Positions 17,323 to 26,065 of a DNA stretch of 64,000 nt are shown here, in pieces; position 1 is the stretch's first letter, and each line of letters opens with the position of its first letter. The stretch covers positions 26,101 to 90,100 of the forward strand of contig JAOASJ010000101.1 in assembly GCA_030158725.1 (NCBI GenBank), read 5' to 3'. The translations under genes and the position numbers were made by a program. The notes beneath the pieces are model-generated. The model did no database searches. It was not told the origin of the DNA and was given only the letters and a program-made list of their open reading frames with translations. This stretch comes from Bacteroidia bacterium (GTDB lineage Bacteria > Bacteroidota > Bacteroidia > NS11-12g > UBA955).

Positions 17323-19597
17323 TTCTTTTGGTTTTTAATTGGTGAAAAAGTGAATAAATTTGACTATTTACATAGTCATTCCTTTTGTATTTCATGTTTA
17401 ATTGTTTGCTCGTTACATATATAATTTTGCCAGATTCAATATCAAAAACTATAGACGAAAGATATAATCTATGTTTTTTATGTAATTGAGCGTATAAATA
17501 AAAAGGAAATACTGGAAATGCTATTAAACTATAGACCAATGCTATTGCATTAAATTCTTGATTTTCGATGGTATATGTAATTCCAGATAGGCATATTTTA
17601 GAACAACCTTTGTCTTTTGTGATACTAGTGGCTTCTCGAGAATTAAAGAGTTCTAAATCGGAAGAAGAATTGTTGATTCTTTCAGTAAGCCATTCCATAA
17701 TAATGGCGTATTGGTTCATAGTCTCTGTGCTAAGATGCGCCTTGTCTAAGAGGTTTAATGCTTGAGCATTTATACCATTTAATTGCGCCATTTCAATAAA
17801 CTTATTGGACAGCAAAAGTTCTTGTTGTTCGTTGAAAATTAGATTTTGTTTGGTCTCTCTTCCATAAACTGTTTTACTAAAAGAGGGATTAACTATAATC
17901 AAAGAATCTATCCCACCGACAACCCCAAATTTTTTCTGTTTTCTTTTGTCTTTTCCGTCTAAAAATAAACCAAACTCATTTTCTTCTTTTTCTGATTCAT
18001 CCTTATCTCGAAATTTATTATAAGATGATTTAAATTGGGATTTAAATTCTTTATTTTTGAACAGCTCTACGAATGCAAATTGATAGTACTGTTTAAATTT
18101 ATTATTAGATGTTTCTTCATCATCATCTGAGCTTTCTTCTTCTTGCTTTTTCTTTTTTAGTTTTAGCTTATCAACTTTGCTTAAGCCAGTTGTATTGCTG
18201 ATGCTTACAGTATCGGTTTTTACAATTGTGTCAATTTGCTCTTTAAATTTACTTAAACTAAAATTGCTGTTTTTGAATAAGTCATCGCAAGCCAATTCAA
18301 ATAGTTTTTTTGCGAATGAATCGTTCTTGTTTTTTTGGTAAGCTTTCCAAGTTTCTCTAATGCTTAAAATACTTAGTTCATCCTCGTTTAACTTATTAAA
18401 GAAATAAGAAACATTATAGTAAGCCCCTTCATCTGTTTGCTTGAATTCCTCATTCTTGCTGCTCTCATCTGAGTTCGAAGTGCTTTGAGCCTTTTTGGCT
18501 TTAGCATAAATACAATAAGCGCTTACTAAAGTTGAGAAGCTGGTATCGTGGTATATATTTCTATATAAGTATGATAAATAGTAGGCTTTTTTATATTGCG
18601 CATGGTTGAATAAAATATAAAATAGTTCTATTCTTGCTTGTTGTTGAATAGATTTAAAATACTCTTCACCTAGAACATAGAGTGCTCCATTTTTTTCTTC
18701 GTCCTCCAGTATTGATTCTACTTTCGTTTTTCTTTTTCTGATATTAGGGTGGGTTGATTCTTCGTCGTCTTCTGCCTCATCAGCACTAATTTCTTTTGCT
18801 TTTTTAGGTGCGTAACTAACAGGAAATTTATAAGAGCTATCTTGAAATTCTTTTAGGCTCCATTCAATCTCATCATAGGGTAAATAAGAGAACAACAACA
18901 TATCAAAACTGCTCAATGCAGCTTGTTTATTGTAGGGTGTTTTTAGGAACATTTTAACACCTTCCACATCAGCTTCAAATTCATTGTCTTTTGAATAGCT
19001 GTATATCTCTTGTATTCTTTCGTCAAAATCTAAAACCTTAAATTTTCCTTTTCCTTCTAAAACATCATTTTTCCTTTTGTAACTTTCTAAGCTATGCTTT
19101 TGTGTATAGTGTGCAATTTCATGGCAAAGAATATATGCAAGTTGAGCTTCATTTTCTAGCTGACTAACTAGTCCAACGGTAACGAATATTATCCCTTGAT
19201 TGGTAGAAAATGCATTGACACTATATGATTTTAAAACATAAAATCTCAATTCTTTTCTTAATTTTGGGTTCTTTTCTAGAACTTTATCTGCTACTTTATT
19301 AATATAAATGCTAAGTGGGTCTCCATAAAGAACTTTACCACTAAATAAGATCTCGTCAATACCAAAATTTGAATTAATTGCAAATTCGTTTTCTAATTTC
19401 TTTTCACTTCTTGAAATGTTTTTCTTAGAGATTTTGCTTTTGTCTGTTTGTACTTTTTCACCACTTAATTTTAAGAAATCATCTGGAATTTCACCTGCGC
19501 ATCTTAAAGCTTGATATTGAATTGGATTTTGACTCAGTAAAGAGCCTACAATAAATATGTAAAAACAAAAAAGTAGTATTTTCTTTGATTGAATCAT
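17315..19597 (-). CDS. M48 family metallopeptidase, long form with acidic/basic low-complexity linker
   Basis: 760 aa with a signal peptide, the zinc motif CHEIAHYTQKH (HExxH) with downstream NEFEAD, and STHPNIRKR. There is a central KKKKQEEESSDDDEE low-complexity stretch and a hydrophobic segment near the C-terminus. Confidence 0.8.
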   Translation of the reverse strand: MIQSKKILLFCFYIFIVGSLLSQNPIQYQALRCAGEIPDDFLKLSGEKVQTDKSKISKKNISRSEKKLENEFAINSNFGIDEILFSGKVLYGDPLSIYINKVADKVLEKNPKLRKELRFYVLKSYSVNAFSTNQGIIFVTVGLVSQLENEAQLAYILCHEIAHYTQKHSLESYKRKNDVLEGKGKFKVLDFDERIQEIYSYSKDNEFEADVEGVKMFLKTPYNKQAALSSFDMLLFSYLPYDEIEWSLKEFQDSSYKFPVSYAPKKAKEISADEAEDDEESTHPNIRKRKTKVESILEDEEKNGALYVLGEEYFKSIQQQARIELFYILFNHAQYKKAYYLSYLYRNIYHDTSFSTLVSAYCIYAKAKKAQSTSNSDESSKNEEFKQTDEGAYYNVSYFFNKLNEDELSILSIRETWKAYQKNKNDSFAKKLFELACDDLFKNSNFSLSKFKEQIDTIVKTDTVSISNTTGLSKVDKLKLKKKKQEEESSDDDEETSNNKFKQYYQFAFVELFKNKEFKSQFKSSYNKFRDKDESEKEENEFGLFLDGKDKRKQKKFGVVGGIDSLIIVNPSFSKTVYGRETKQNLIFNEQQELLLSNKFIEMAQLNGINAQALNLLDKAHLSTETMNQYAIIMEWLTERINNSSSDLELFNSREATSITKDKGCSKICLSGITYTIENQEFNAIALVYSLIAFPVFPFYLYAQLHKKHRLYLSSIVFDIESGKIIYVTSKQLNMKYKRNDYVNSQIYSLFHQLKTKRND

Positions 19598-19654
19598 GTA
19601 GGTTAAAAAAGTTGTAACAATATTAATGTAATTTTAAACGACTAGCAAATGGGT

Positions 19655-20803
19655 CTATGGCCGGTCGAAAAAATACTCAATGCCTTTTGTGTCAATCACA
19701 CCAACATTCCCATTGTATACGATGTAGGCATATCCATTGTTAAATCTGTAAGCCATAGAATATTTAGCTTTAATAATAGTTTGACAATTTTTATTGACAT
19801 AACCCCAATTTCCTTCCTTATCTCTGAAGGGTAAAAGACCATTTCCAAATTCACCTACTTGGGTTGGTTTTTGCTGAAATTGACCCTGAACATAATAGTT
19901 ACTATCTACAATTCTTATGTCAGACATATAATAACCGATTGCTCCAATAAATAATGAATCTTTTAAATGTCTTGCACTGGCATACAATGGAGACGTTCGT
20001 TTCTTTTTATCAATAAAATAGTAATCCCAACCAATTTCATTTTGTGTTTTAATAATTGCTTTTCCATCAATAAATTCTTTTTCTAAAGCAATATATTCAG
20101 AATAATCTAGGGAGTCAATTATGAAATGACTTAAAATTATTTTACCTGTACTATCTATAAACTCCAAAAAAGTAGTTTTGATTATTTCTCCAATAGAGTT
20201 TCTTTGCTTGGTTACATAAACTGGTGCAAGTCCCTCACTAAAAATCCCGGCAGCTTTAACAGAATCGGGCAAAACCAATGTTTTACCGTATTGATTTATG
20301 TAAAAATACTTTCCCTTGGAAATTGCCATTATCATACCTGATTTGAAATAAAGACTTGATGTATCGAAGTCTGGTTTTCTAATCCAATTTCCTGAGTGAT
20401 CGATTATGCCTAGTTTTTTATTTATTGCCACAACTGCCAAACCTTCAGAGAAGTTTTCAGCAGCATCATAAGCTTGGTCTATTGCCACTTTTCCTGAATC
20501 ATTTATGTAGTAACAATTTCCTGAAGCGAATAGAACTGGGCAGCGGTTATCGACGAAAGTTCCATAGTGTTTTATAGCTGGAGTGACAATGTTTCCAGTT
20601 TTATTTATGCCATAAAAAAAAGAGTCTTTTTTCACGAAAGCAAGATTGTTGGTGAAAAAATCAGCAAAATCGTATTGGGCTTTAACTTTTATAACTCGAT
20701 TGGTATCGCAATAACCCCATTGTTTATTGATTCTAAAAGGAATGAGTTGCCCATAACATGAATAAGAGCTAATTACAATTATAAGACAGATTATTGAACG
20801 CAT
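19655..20803 (-). CDS. WG-repeat (KWG) containing secreted protein
   Basis: 382 aa with a signal peptide and repeated units of the type ..WGY.D..G..vI...YD.a..F..GLA.V. Confidence 0.75.
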   Translation of the reverse strand: MRSIICLIIVISSYSCYGQLIPFRINKQWGYCDTNRVIKVKAQYDFADFFTNNLAFVKKDSFFYGINKTGNIVTPAIKHYGTFVDNRCPVLFASGNCYYINDSGKVAIDQAYDAAENFSEGLAVVAINKKLGIIDHSGNWIRKPDFDTSSLYFKSGMIMAISKGKYFYINQYGKTLVLPDSVKAAGIFSEGLAPVYVTKQRNSIGEIIKTTFLEFIDSTGKIILSHFIIDSLDYSEYIALEKEFIDGKAIIKTQNEIGWDYYFIDKKKRTSPLYASARHLKDSLFIGAIGYYMSDIRIVDSNYYVQGQFQQKPTQVGEFGNGLLPFRDKEGNWGYVNKNCQTIIKAKYSMAYRFNNGYAYIVYNGNVGVIDTKGIEYFFDRP

Positions 20804-20839
20804 TTCGGATACAAGACAAGTATTTTTATATTTCGTTGC

Positions 20840-21241
20840 TTATTTTATGTCAGAACATATTTCAACCAAAACTCCATTGGTGCTTTTGGGGTGAGCAAAG
20901 GCAATTTCTTTTTGATCGGCTCCTGGTTTTGCTTTTTGATGAATCATTTCAAAACCTTCTAATTGAAGGCGTTTTATTTCATTATTGGTATCATCTGAGG
21001 CAAATGCAATATGGTGTATACCTTCACCTTTTTTCTCAATAAATTTTGAAATTGGACTTTCTGTGTTTGTCGCTTGTAATAACTCGATTTTTGTTTCACC
21101 TATCATGAAAAAACTGGTAATAACACCTTCACTTTCAACGGATTCTGTTTTGTATGGTTCACAATTTAACAGTTTACTGAACAATTTATTTGATAATTCT
21201 AAATTCTTAACTGCTATTCCGATGTGCTCAATTTTATTCAT
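20840..21241 (-). CDS. mce: methylmalonyl-CoA epimerase (VOC/glyoxalase fold)
   Basis: 133 aa. IEHIGIAVKNLE, ELLQAT, GEGIHHIAF and NGVLVEIC are typical of MCE. Confidence 0.88.
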   Translation of the reverse strand: MNKIEHIGIAVKNLELSNKLFSKLLNCEPYKTESVESEGVITSFFMIGETKIELLQATNTESPISKFIEKKGEGIHHIAFASDDTNNEIKRLQLEGFEMIHQKAKPGADQKEIAFAHPKSTNGVLVEICSDIK

Positions 21242-21390
21242 TCAACAAAATTGAATGAAAACATGCGCAAAACCAAATTCAAACTGAAGTGTTGTATCTG
21301 TTGTACTTTCAAATGTGTTTAAGCGTATAGTTATAGATAGTCTCAATATCAATTTTTACATTTTTTAATTGAGATTTATTAACTTTGACT

Positions 21391-21398
21391 TACATTTG
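21391..21398 (+). promoter_or_regulatory. -7 box TACATTTG, 28 nt upstream of the iscS ATG
   Basis: Exact TAnnTTTG match. Confidence 0.55.
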
Positions 21399-21426
21399 CA
21401 CCTTAGAATTAGTCTAAATAAGAATT

Positions 21427-22641
21427 ATGATAAATCTGCCAATATACCTGGATAACAATGCTACCACTCCAATGGACCCTAGGGTTTTGGAAGCAATGTT
21501 GCCGTTTTTTATAGAGAATTTTGGAAATGCTGCCAGTAGAAATCATGCTTTCGGTTGGAAAGCTGAGGAGGCTGTTGATTATGCTAGAGAGCAAATGGCT
21601 GCCCTAATAAATGCTGATTCTAAGGAAATCATTATCACCAGCGGTGCGACAGAATCAAATAACTTAGCATTGAAAGGTGTATTTGAAATGTATGCTGAAA
21701 AAGGCAATCATTTTATTACGGTAGAAACCGAGCATAAGGCAATATTAGATACTTGTAAACACCTTGAAAAACTAGGTGCTGAGGTTACTTATTTACAAGC
21801 TGCAGAGGATGGATTAATCACTGTTGAACAAGTAGCTGCTGCAATCAAACCAAATACCGTATTAGTTACGGTTATGTATGCAAACAACGAAATTGGAGTA
21901 ATTCAACCAATAAAAGAAATCGCTTCTTTGTGTAAAAGCAAAGGAATTTTATTTCATACCGATGCGACCCAAGCAGTTGGAAAAATAAAAGTTGATGTTA
22001 TTGGAGATGGTATTGATATGATGAGTTTTTCTGGCCACAAGATGTACGGACCAAAAGGTGTTGGTGTTTTGTATGTTAGAAGAAAAAATCCAAGAGTTAA
22101 GGTTACGGCACAAATGGATGGTGGTGGACATGAAAGAGGTATGAGAAGTGGTACCTTAAATGTTCCTAGTATTGTTGGTCTAGGCAAAGCATGTGAATTA
22201 TGCCGTTTGGAAATGGACGCTGACACTGCTAGGATCAGCAAAATGAGAGACAGATTAGAAACTGAATTGCTAACTATCGAGGAATCTTACATCAACGGAA
22301 ATACGGAGCATAGACTGCCTCATGTAAGCAATATGTCTTTTAAATATGTTGAAGGTGAAGGTCTAATAATGGGTGTTAAAAATATTGCAGTTTCTTCAGG
22401 ATCAGCTTGCACAAGTGCTAGTTTGGAACCTAGTTATGTTTTAAAAGCCCTAGGTTTAGATGATGAATTAGCTCATTCTTCATTGCGTTTCGGTTTAAGC
22501 CGTTTTACAACTGATGAGGAAATTGACTATGCAATTAACCATGTAAAAGAAGCAGTAAATAAATTGAGAGAAATGAGCCCACTATGGGAAATGTTCAAAG
22601 AAGGAATTGATTTGAAAACAATTCAATGGGCAGAACACTAA
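21427..22641 (+). CDS. iscS: cysteine desulfurase IscS
   Basis: 404 aa with the PLP-Lys motif [12 protein letters not shown], the active-site loop SSGSACTS, and an IscS-type C-terminus. Confidence 0.95.
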   Translation: MINLPIYLDNNATTPMDPRVLEAMLPFFIENFGNAASRNHAFGWKAEEAVDYAREQMAALINADSKEIIITSGATESNNLALKGVFEMYAEKGNHFITVETEHKAILDTCKHLEKLGAEVTYLQAAEDGLITVEQVAAAIKPNTVLVTVMYANNEIGVIQPIKEIASLCKSKGILFHTDATQAVGKIKVDVIGDGIDMMSFSGHKMYGPKGVGVLYVRRKNPRVKVTAQMDGGGHERGMRSGTLNVPSIVGLGKACELCRLEMDADTARISKMRDRLETELLTIEESYINGNTEHRLPHVSNMSFKYVEGEGLIMGVKNIAVSSGSACTSASLEPSYVLKALGLDDELAHSSLRFGLSRFTTDEEIDYAINHVKEAVNKLREMSPLWEMFKEGIDLKTIQWAEH

Positions 22642-22672
22642 TATTTTAAAAAAACAATAAACAAATACAAAC

Positions 22673-23089
22673 ATGGCATATTCAGATAAAGTAATAGATC
22701 ATTACAGCAATCCAAGAAATATTGGAACTTTAGATAAATCAAGCAAGCAAGTTGGAACTGGCCTTGTAGGTGCTCCAGAATGTGGCGACGTAATGCGACT
22801 TCAAATTGAGGTTGATGAGGTAACAGGAATCATTAAAGATGCTAAATTTAAGACTTTTGGTTGTGGAAGCGCTATTGCTTCTTCTAGTTTGGCAACTGAA
22901 TGGTTAAAAGGGAAATCAGTTGATGATGCTCTTAAAATTGACAACATGGATATCGTTGAAGAACTAGCCTTGCCGCCAGTTAAAATTCACTGCAGTGTTC
23001 TAGCAGAAGATGCTATCAAATCTGCTATCAATGATTACCGAGTTAAGAATGGACTTAGCCCGATTGAAGACAACAAAAAACATTACTAA
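22673..23089 (+). CDS. iscU: Fe-S cluster assembly scaffold IscU
   Basis: 138 aa carrying the three conserved Cys contexts GAPECGDVM, FGCGSAIASSS and KIHCSVLAEDA. Confidence 0.95.
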   Translation: MAYSDKVIDHYSNPRNIGTLDKSSKQVGTGLVGAPECGDVMRLQIEVDEVTGIIKDAKFKTFGCGSAIASSSLATEWLKGKSVDDALKIDNMDIVEELALPPVKIHCSVLAEDAIKSAINDYRVKNGLSPIEDNKKHY

Positions 23090-23101
23090 TAGTATAATAT
23101 T

Positions 23102-23437
23102 ATGTCAGCAGGAATCACTATTTCGGAAAATGCCACCAAGAAAGTGCACCAATTAATGTCTGAAGAGAAAATGGGACCAGACTACTTTGTCCGTGTTTCA
23201 GTAAAAGGTGGAGGTTGCAGTGGATTAAGTTATGATTTAGATTTTGACAATGAATCTAAGGAGTCTGATCAAGAATTTATAGTAGGAGATGTTAAAATAG
23301 TATGTGACTTAAAAAGTTATTTATATTTAGCAGGTACTGAATTAGATTTTACAGATGGTTTAAATGGAAAAGGTTTTAATTTTATCAATCCAAATGCCAA
23401 AAGAACATGTGGCTGTGGAGAAAGTTTTGCCGTTTAA
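23102..23437 (+). CDS. iscA: HesB/IscA family Fe-S cluster insertion protein
   Basis: 111 aa with GGGCSG and the C-terminal CGCGESF motif. Confidence 0.9.
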   Translation: MSAGITISENATKKVHQLMSEEKMGPDYFVRVSVKGGGCSGLSYDLDFDNESKESDQEFIVGDVKIVCDLKSYLYLAGTELDFTDGLNGKGFNFINPNAKRTCGCGESFAV

Positions 23438-23449
23438 GCATTAATTAAT

Positions 23450-24181
23450 ATGTCGAGAATATTCAAAAAGCTAAGTATTGTACTTGGCTTTTTTATTTTA
23501 AGCTTGAATCTAAATGCTCAATATGTTTATAGATATAAAGCATTTTTAGATCCTGCATTTGCAATCGGAAATGGTATAGTATTTACTGGTAGTCTATTGG
23601 CTCAAAAACAAGTTAAGCCTTTAGATGATAAAGTTATTTTGGCTTTGAACAAACAAGATATAAATAGATTTGACAGAATAGCCTGTAACCAATGGAGTCC
23701 AAGAGTGGCTAAAGTGAGTGATGCCTTGGCTTTAGGAACAGGTTTAATGTATTCTTACTTTTTGTTTAAACCAGAGACGCAAAAAGAAAGTATTAATATT
23801 GCCGGTGTTGCATTTCAAAGTTTGTTATTGTCTCAATCACTTTCAAACGCACTGAAATTGGGCCTTAGAAATAGACCGTATTTGTATAATCCCCAGGTAA
23901 ATATGGAGGAAAAAAGGAAAGTTGATGCGAGGATGTCGTTCTTTTCCGCCCACACTTCAACTGTGTCATCCCTATGCTACAGTTTTGCTTTGGCTCACAA
24001 CACATATTTCCCCGACAAAAAACAAACAGGAATTTGGATAGGTGCAATAACAATTCCAGCTATCGAAGGATTCCTTAGAGTAAAGGCTGGTAAGCATTAC
24101 CCAAGTGATGTAATTACTGGTTACTTGGTTGGTTTAGGTTCTTCATTAATTATGCATTATTTGCATAAGCAAAGACAATAA
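23450..24181 (+). CDS. PAP2 family phosphatase (membrane)
   Basis: 243 aa with the three PAP2 motifs KLGLRNRP, SFFSAHTS and KAGKHYPSDV. Confidence 0.85.
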   Translation: MSRIFKKLSIVLGFFILSLNLNAQYVYRYKAFLDPAFAIGNGIVFTGSLLAQKQVKPLDDKVILALNKQDINRFDRIACNQWSPRVAKVSDALALGTGLMYSYFLFKPETQKESINIAGVAFQSLLLSQSLSNALKLGLRNRPYLYNPQVNMEEKRKVDARMSFFSAHTSTVSSLCYSFALAHNTYFPDKKQTGIWIGAITIPAIEGFLRVKAGKHYPSDVITGYLVGLGSSLIMHYLHKQRQ

Positions 24182-24182
24182 A

Positions 24183-24206
24183 AAAAGCCCCAATAAAGGG
24201 GCTTTT
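24183..24206. terminator. bidirectional hairpin terminator between convergent genes
   Basis: Stem AAAAGCCCC / GGGGCTTTT with an AATAAA loop. It is A-rich on one side and T-rich on the other. It lies between the PAP2 stop (24181) and the lipoprotein stop (24226). Confidence 0.8.
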
Positions 24207-24225
24207 AAAATATCTGAAAGAAAGT

Positions 24226-24759
24226 TTATTTAGCGCTCGCTTTAACGGTCCAAACTGCTTTTACATTTAAACTCTTAGCTGGCAAAGCAGCTGAATTAGT
24301 TCCTTTGATTCTATATGTAAAAGTTGTAGCCTTAAGATAGTTTGCTAAATTCTCAGTGCTATTAATGTCTAAGCTTAAAGAATTCTGATTATCTAAGATT
24401 GGGTTTTTAGAAGCAATAAGCACTTCTGGGTTGCCATCTGCAGCAATATAGAATTCAATGTTTTCAACATCGTTAAAATTTGAAATAGAATCATTTGTAA
24501 ATGAAATAGTAACAGATTTTAGCTTTAATTCATCTAGTAAATCTAAAGATGTGTTGTTCTTTTCTAGTTCAGCTTTTAAATCAGATGTCAATACAGATTC
24601 ACCAAAAGTTTGAGGTCCTACATTGTTAAGGGCTACTGTTTCAATTGTTGCTTCTGTAGGGTAGTCAAAATTTACTGTGGTAATTTTACTTAAACATCCG
24701 CCCATGCTAATGAATGAGCTGATTAAGATAACTGAGAATAATTTAATTGTGTTGTTCAT
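24226..24759 (-). CDS. hypothetical lipoprotein
   Basis: I place the start at the ATG at 24759 (MNNTIKLFSVILISSFISMGGC). The GTG at 24780 used by the track overlaps the -7 box TAACTTTG. I recognise no family. Confidence 0.55.
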   Translation of the reverse strand: MNNTIKLFSVILISSFISMGGCLSKITTVNFDYPTEATIETVALNNVGPQTFGESVLTSDLKAELEKNNTSLDLLDELKLKSVTISFTNDSISNFNDVENIEFYIAADGNPEVLIASKNPILDNQNSLSLDINSTENLANYLKATTFTYRIKGTNSAALPAKSLNVKAVWTVKASAK

Positions 24760-24779
24760 GATAATTTTTAAAATTGCCA

Positions 24780-24787
24780 CAAAGTTA
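24780..24787 (-). promoter_or_regulatory. -7 box TAACTTTG, 20 nt upstream of the lipoprotein ATG at 24759
   Basis: Exact TAnnTTTG match. It overlaps the GTG used by the ORF track. Confidence 0.5.
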
Positions 24788-24826
24788 GGGAAAATATTAA
24801 TTTTCCAAACTCAATTGTATATGATT

Positions 24827-25273
24827 CTAGTTAGGTAAAAGTTCCCTTAGTGCTTCGTTGATAGATTTTCCATCAGTTTTACCACCTAATTGCTTCATAG
24901 CCAATGGCATTACTTTTCCAACTTCTTTCATACTTGTTGCACCACTTGCTTCAATTATCTTTTTTAATTCGATAATTAATTCGTCTTTTCCCATTGCAGC
25001 AGGTAAATAAGTTTCAATAACCTTTAACTCTTCTTGCTCTTTTTGGGCCAAATCTGTTCTATTTTCTTTTAAGAATATTTCTATACTGTCTTTGCGTTGT
25101 TTGGCCATTTTTTGCATGGCTTTGATTGCAATTTCATCGGAAATCTCTTTAGTTCCTGTTTCAGTTCCTGCCAATAAGAAAGCAGATTTTATAGCTCTGA
25201 TAGCTCTTAATCCAACTTCATCTTTGGCCTTCATCGCATCGATGAGGTCTTTATTTATTTTTTCAACTAACAT
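24827..25273 (-). CDS. GatB/YqeY domain protein
   Basis: 148 aa with a family-typical N-terminus (INKDLIDAMKAKDEVGLRAIRAIKSA). It abuts the comA stop with no gap. Confidence 0.88.
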   Translation of the reverse strand: MLVEKINKDLIDAMKAKDEVGLRAIRAIKSAFLLAGTETGTKEISDEIAIKAMQKMAKQRKDSIEIFLKENRTDLAQKEQEELKVIETYLPAAMGKDELIIELKKIIEASGATSMKEVGKVMPLAMKQLGGKTDGKSINEALRELLPN

Positions 25274-26059
25274 TTACTTATTAATTAAAGATTTATCAAG
25301 GAAGAAATCAAAACTATCACCTCTTAAACCTAATCTCAAAGTTTCAAGAGCTATTAGTTCAGATGGTGCAATATTTCCTAAATTGATATTAGCACCATAA
25401 AGTTTTATGAACCAAACTTGTTGAGCTTTTTGTGGAGCTTCCCAGATTATTTTCTCCAATGGGATTTTTCTGATTATTTCGGCTACTAATCCAGAACGTA
25501 CTTCTCCAGAACCTCTAAAAACTCCTACAGTTCCACTTTCACGTGCTTCAGCAATAACCTTCCAAACACCTGCTTGAATCTCTTTTTCCATCATATCTAT
25601 CCATTCATATGGAGGTATGATTTTTTCAGCATCTTTAGAACCTACTTCCGAGATAACAGTATAATCTTTTGCCAAAGTTCTAATAAACTCACATTTTTTA
25701 TCGTGTTCAATTTCCATTGAACCATCGCTAACTTCAACATGATCAACGCCGTAATAGTCTAGGACTCTTCTATAATCGTCAAACTGGTTTCTTATAGCAT
25801 ATGCTTCGAAGAGGGTACCGCCAAAATAAACCTTGAACCCAGCCTTCTTGTAATGGGCAATTTTTTCTTTTAATTTTGGAGTAACATAAGAGGTACCAAA
25901 CCCAAGTTTCAAAAGATCAATTAGATGACTTCCGTGTTCAATCAAATCTAATGATTCTCTAATGCTTAGACCTTTGTCCATAACCATTGTTAATCCATTT
26001 TCCCTTGGTTGAACAGGTCTTTCAGGTAATTGAGTTAGTTTAAATATATCGTTGTTCAT
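25274..26059 (-). CDS. comA: phosphosulfolactate synthase (ComA family)
   Basis: 261 aa. LPERPVQPRENGLTMVMDKGL, the DLLKLGFGTS region, and the EVSDGS and ISEVG(S)K blocks are typical of (2R)-phospho-3-sulfolactate synthase. Confidence 0.85.
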   Translation of the reverse strand: MNNDIFKLTQLPERPVQPRENGLTMVMDKGLSIRESLDLIEHGSHLIDLLKLGFGTSYVTPKLKEKIAHYKKAGFKVYFGGTLFEAYAIRNQFDDYRRVLDYYGVDHVEVSDGSMEIEHDKKCEFIRTLAKDYTVISEVGSKDAEKIIPPYEWIDMMEKEIQAGVWKVIAEARESGTVGVFRGSGEVRSGLVAEIIRKIPLEKIIWEAPQKAQQVWFIKLYGANINLGNIAPSELIALETLRLGLRGDSFDFFLDKSLINK

Positions 26060-26065
26060 ATTAAG

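Noticed and set aside
21949-22241. Minus-strand ORFs of 60 and 95 aa inside iscS
   Set aside because: They are antisense to an unambiguous IscS gene.
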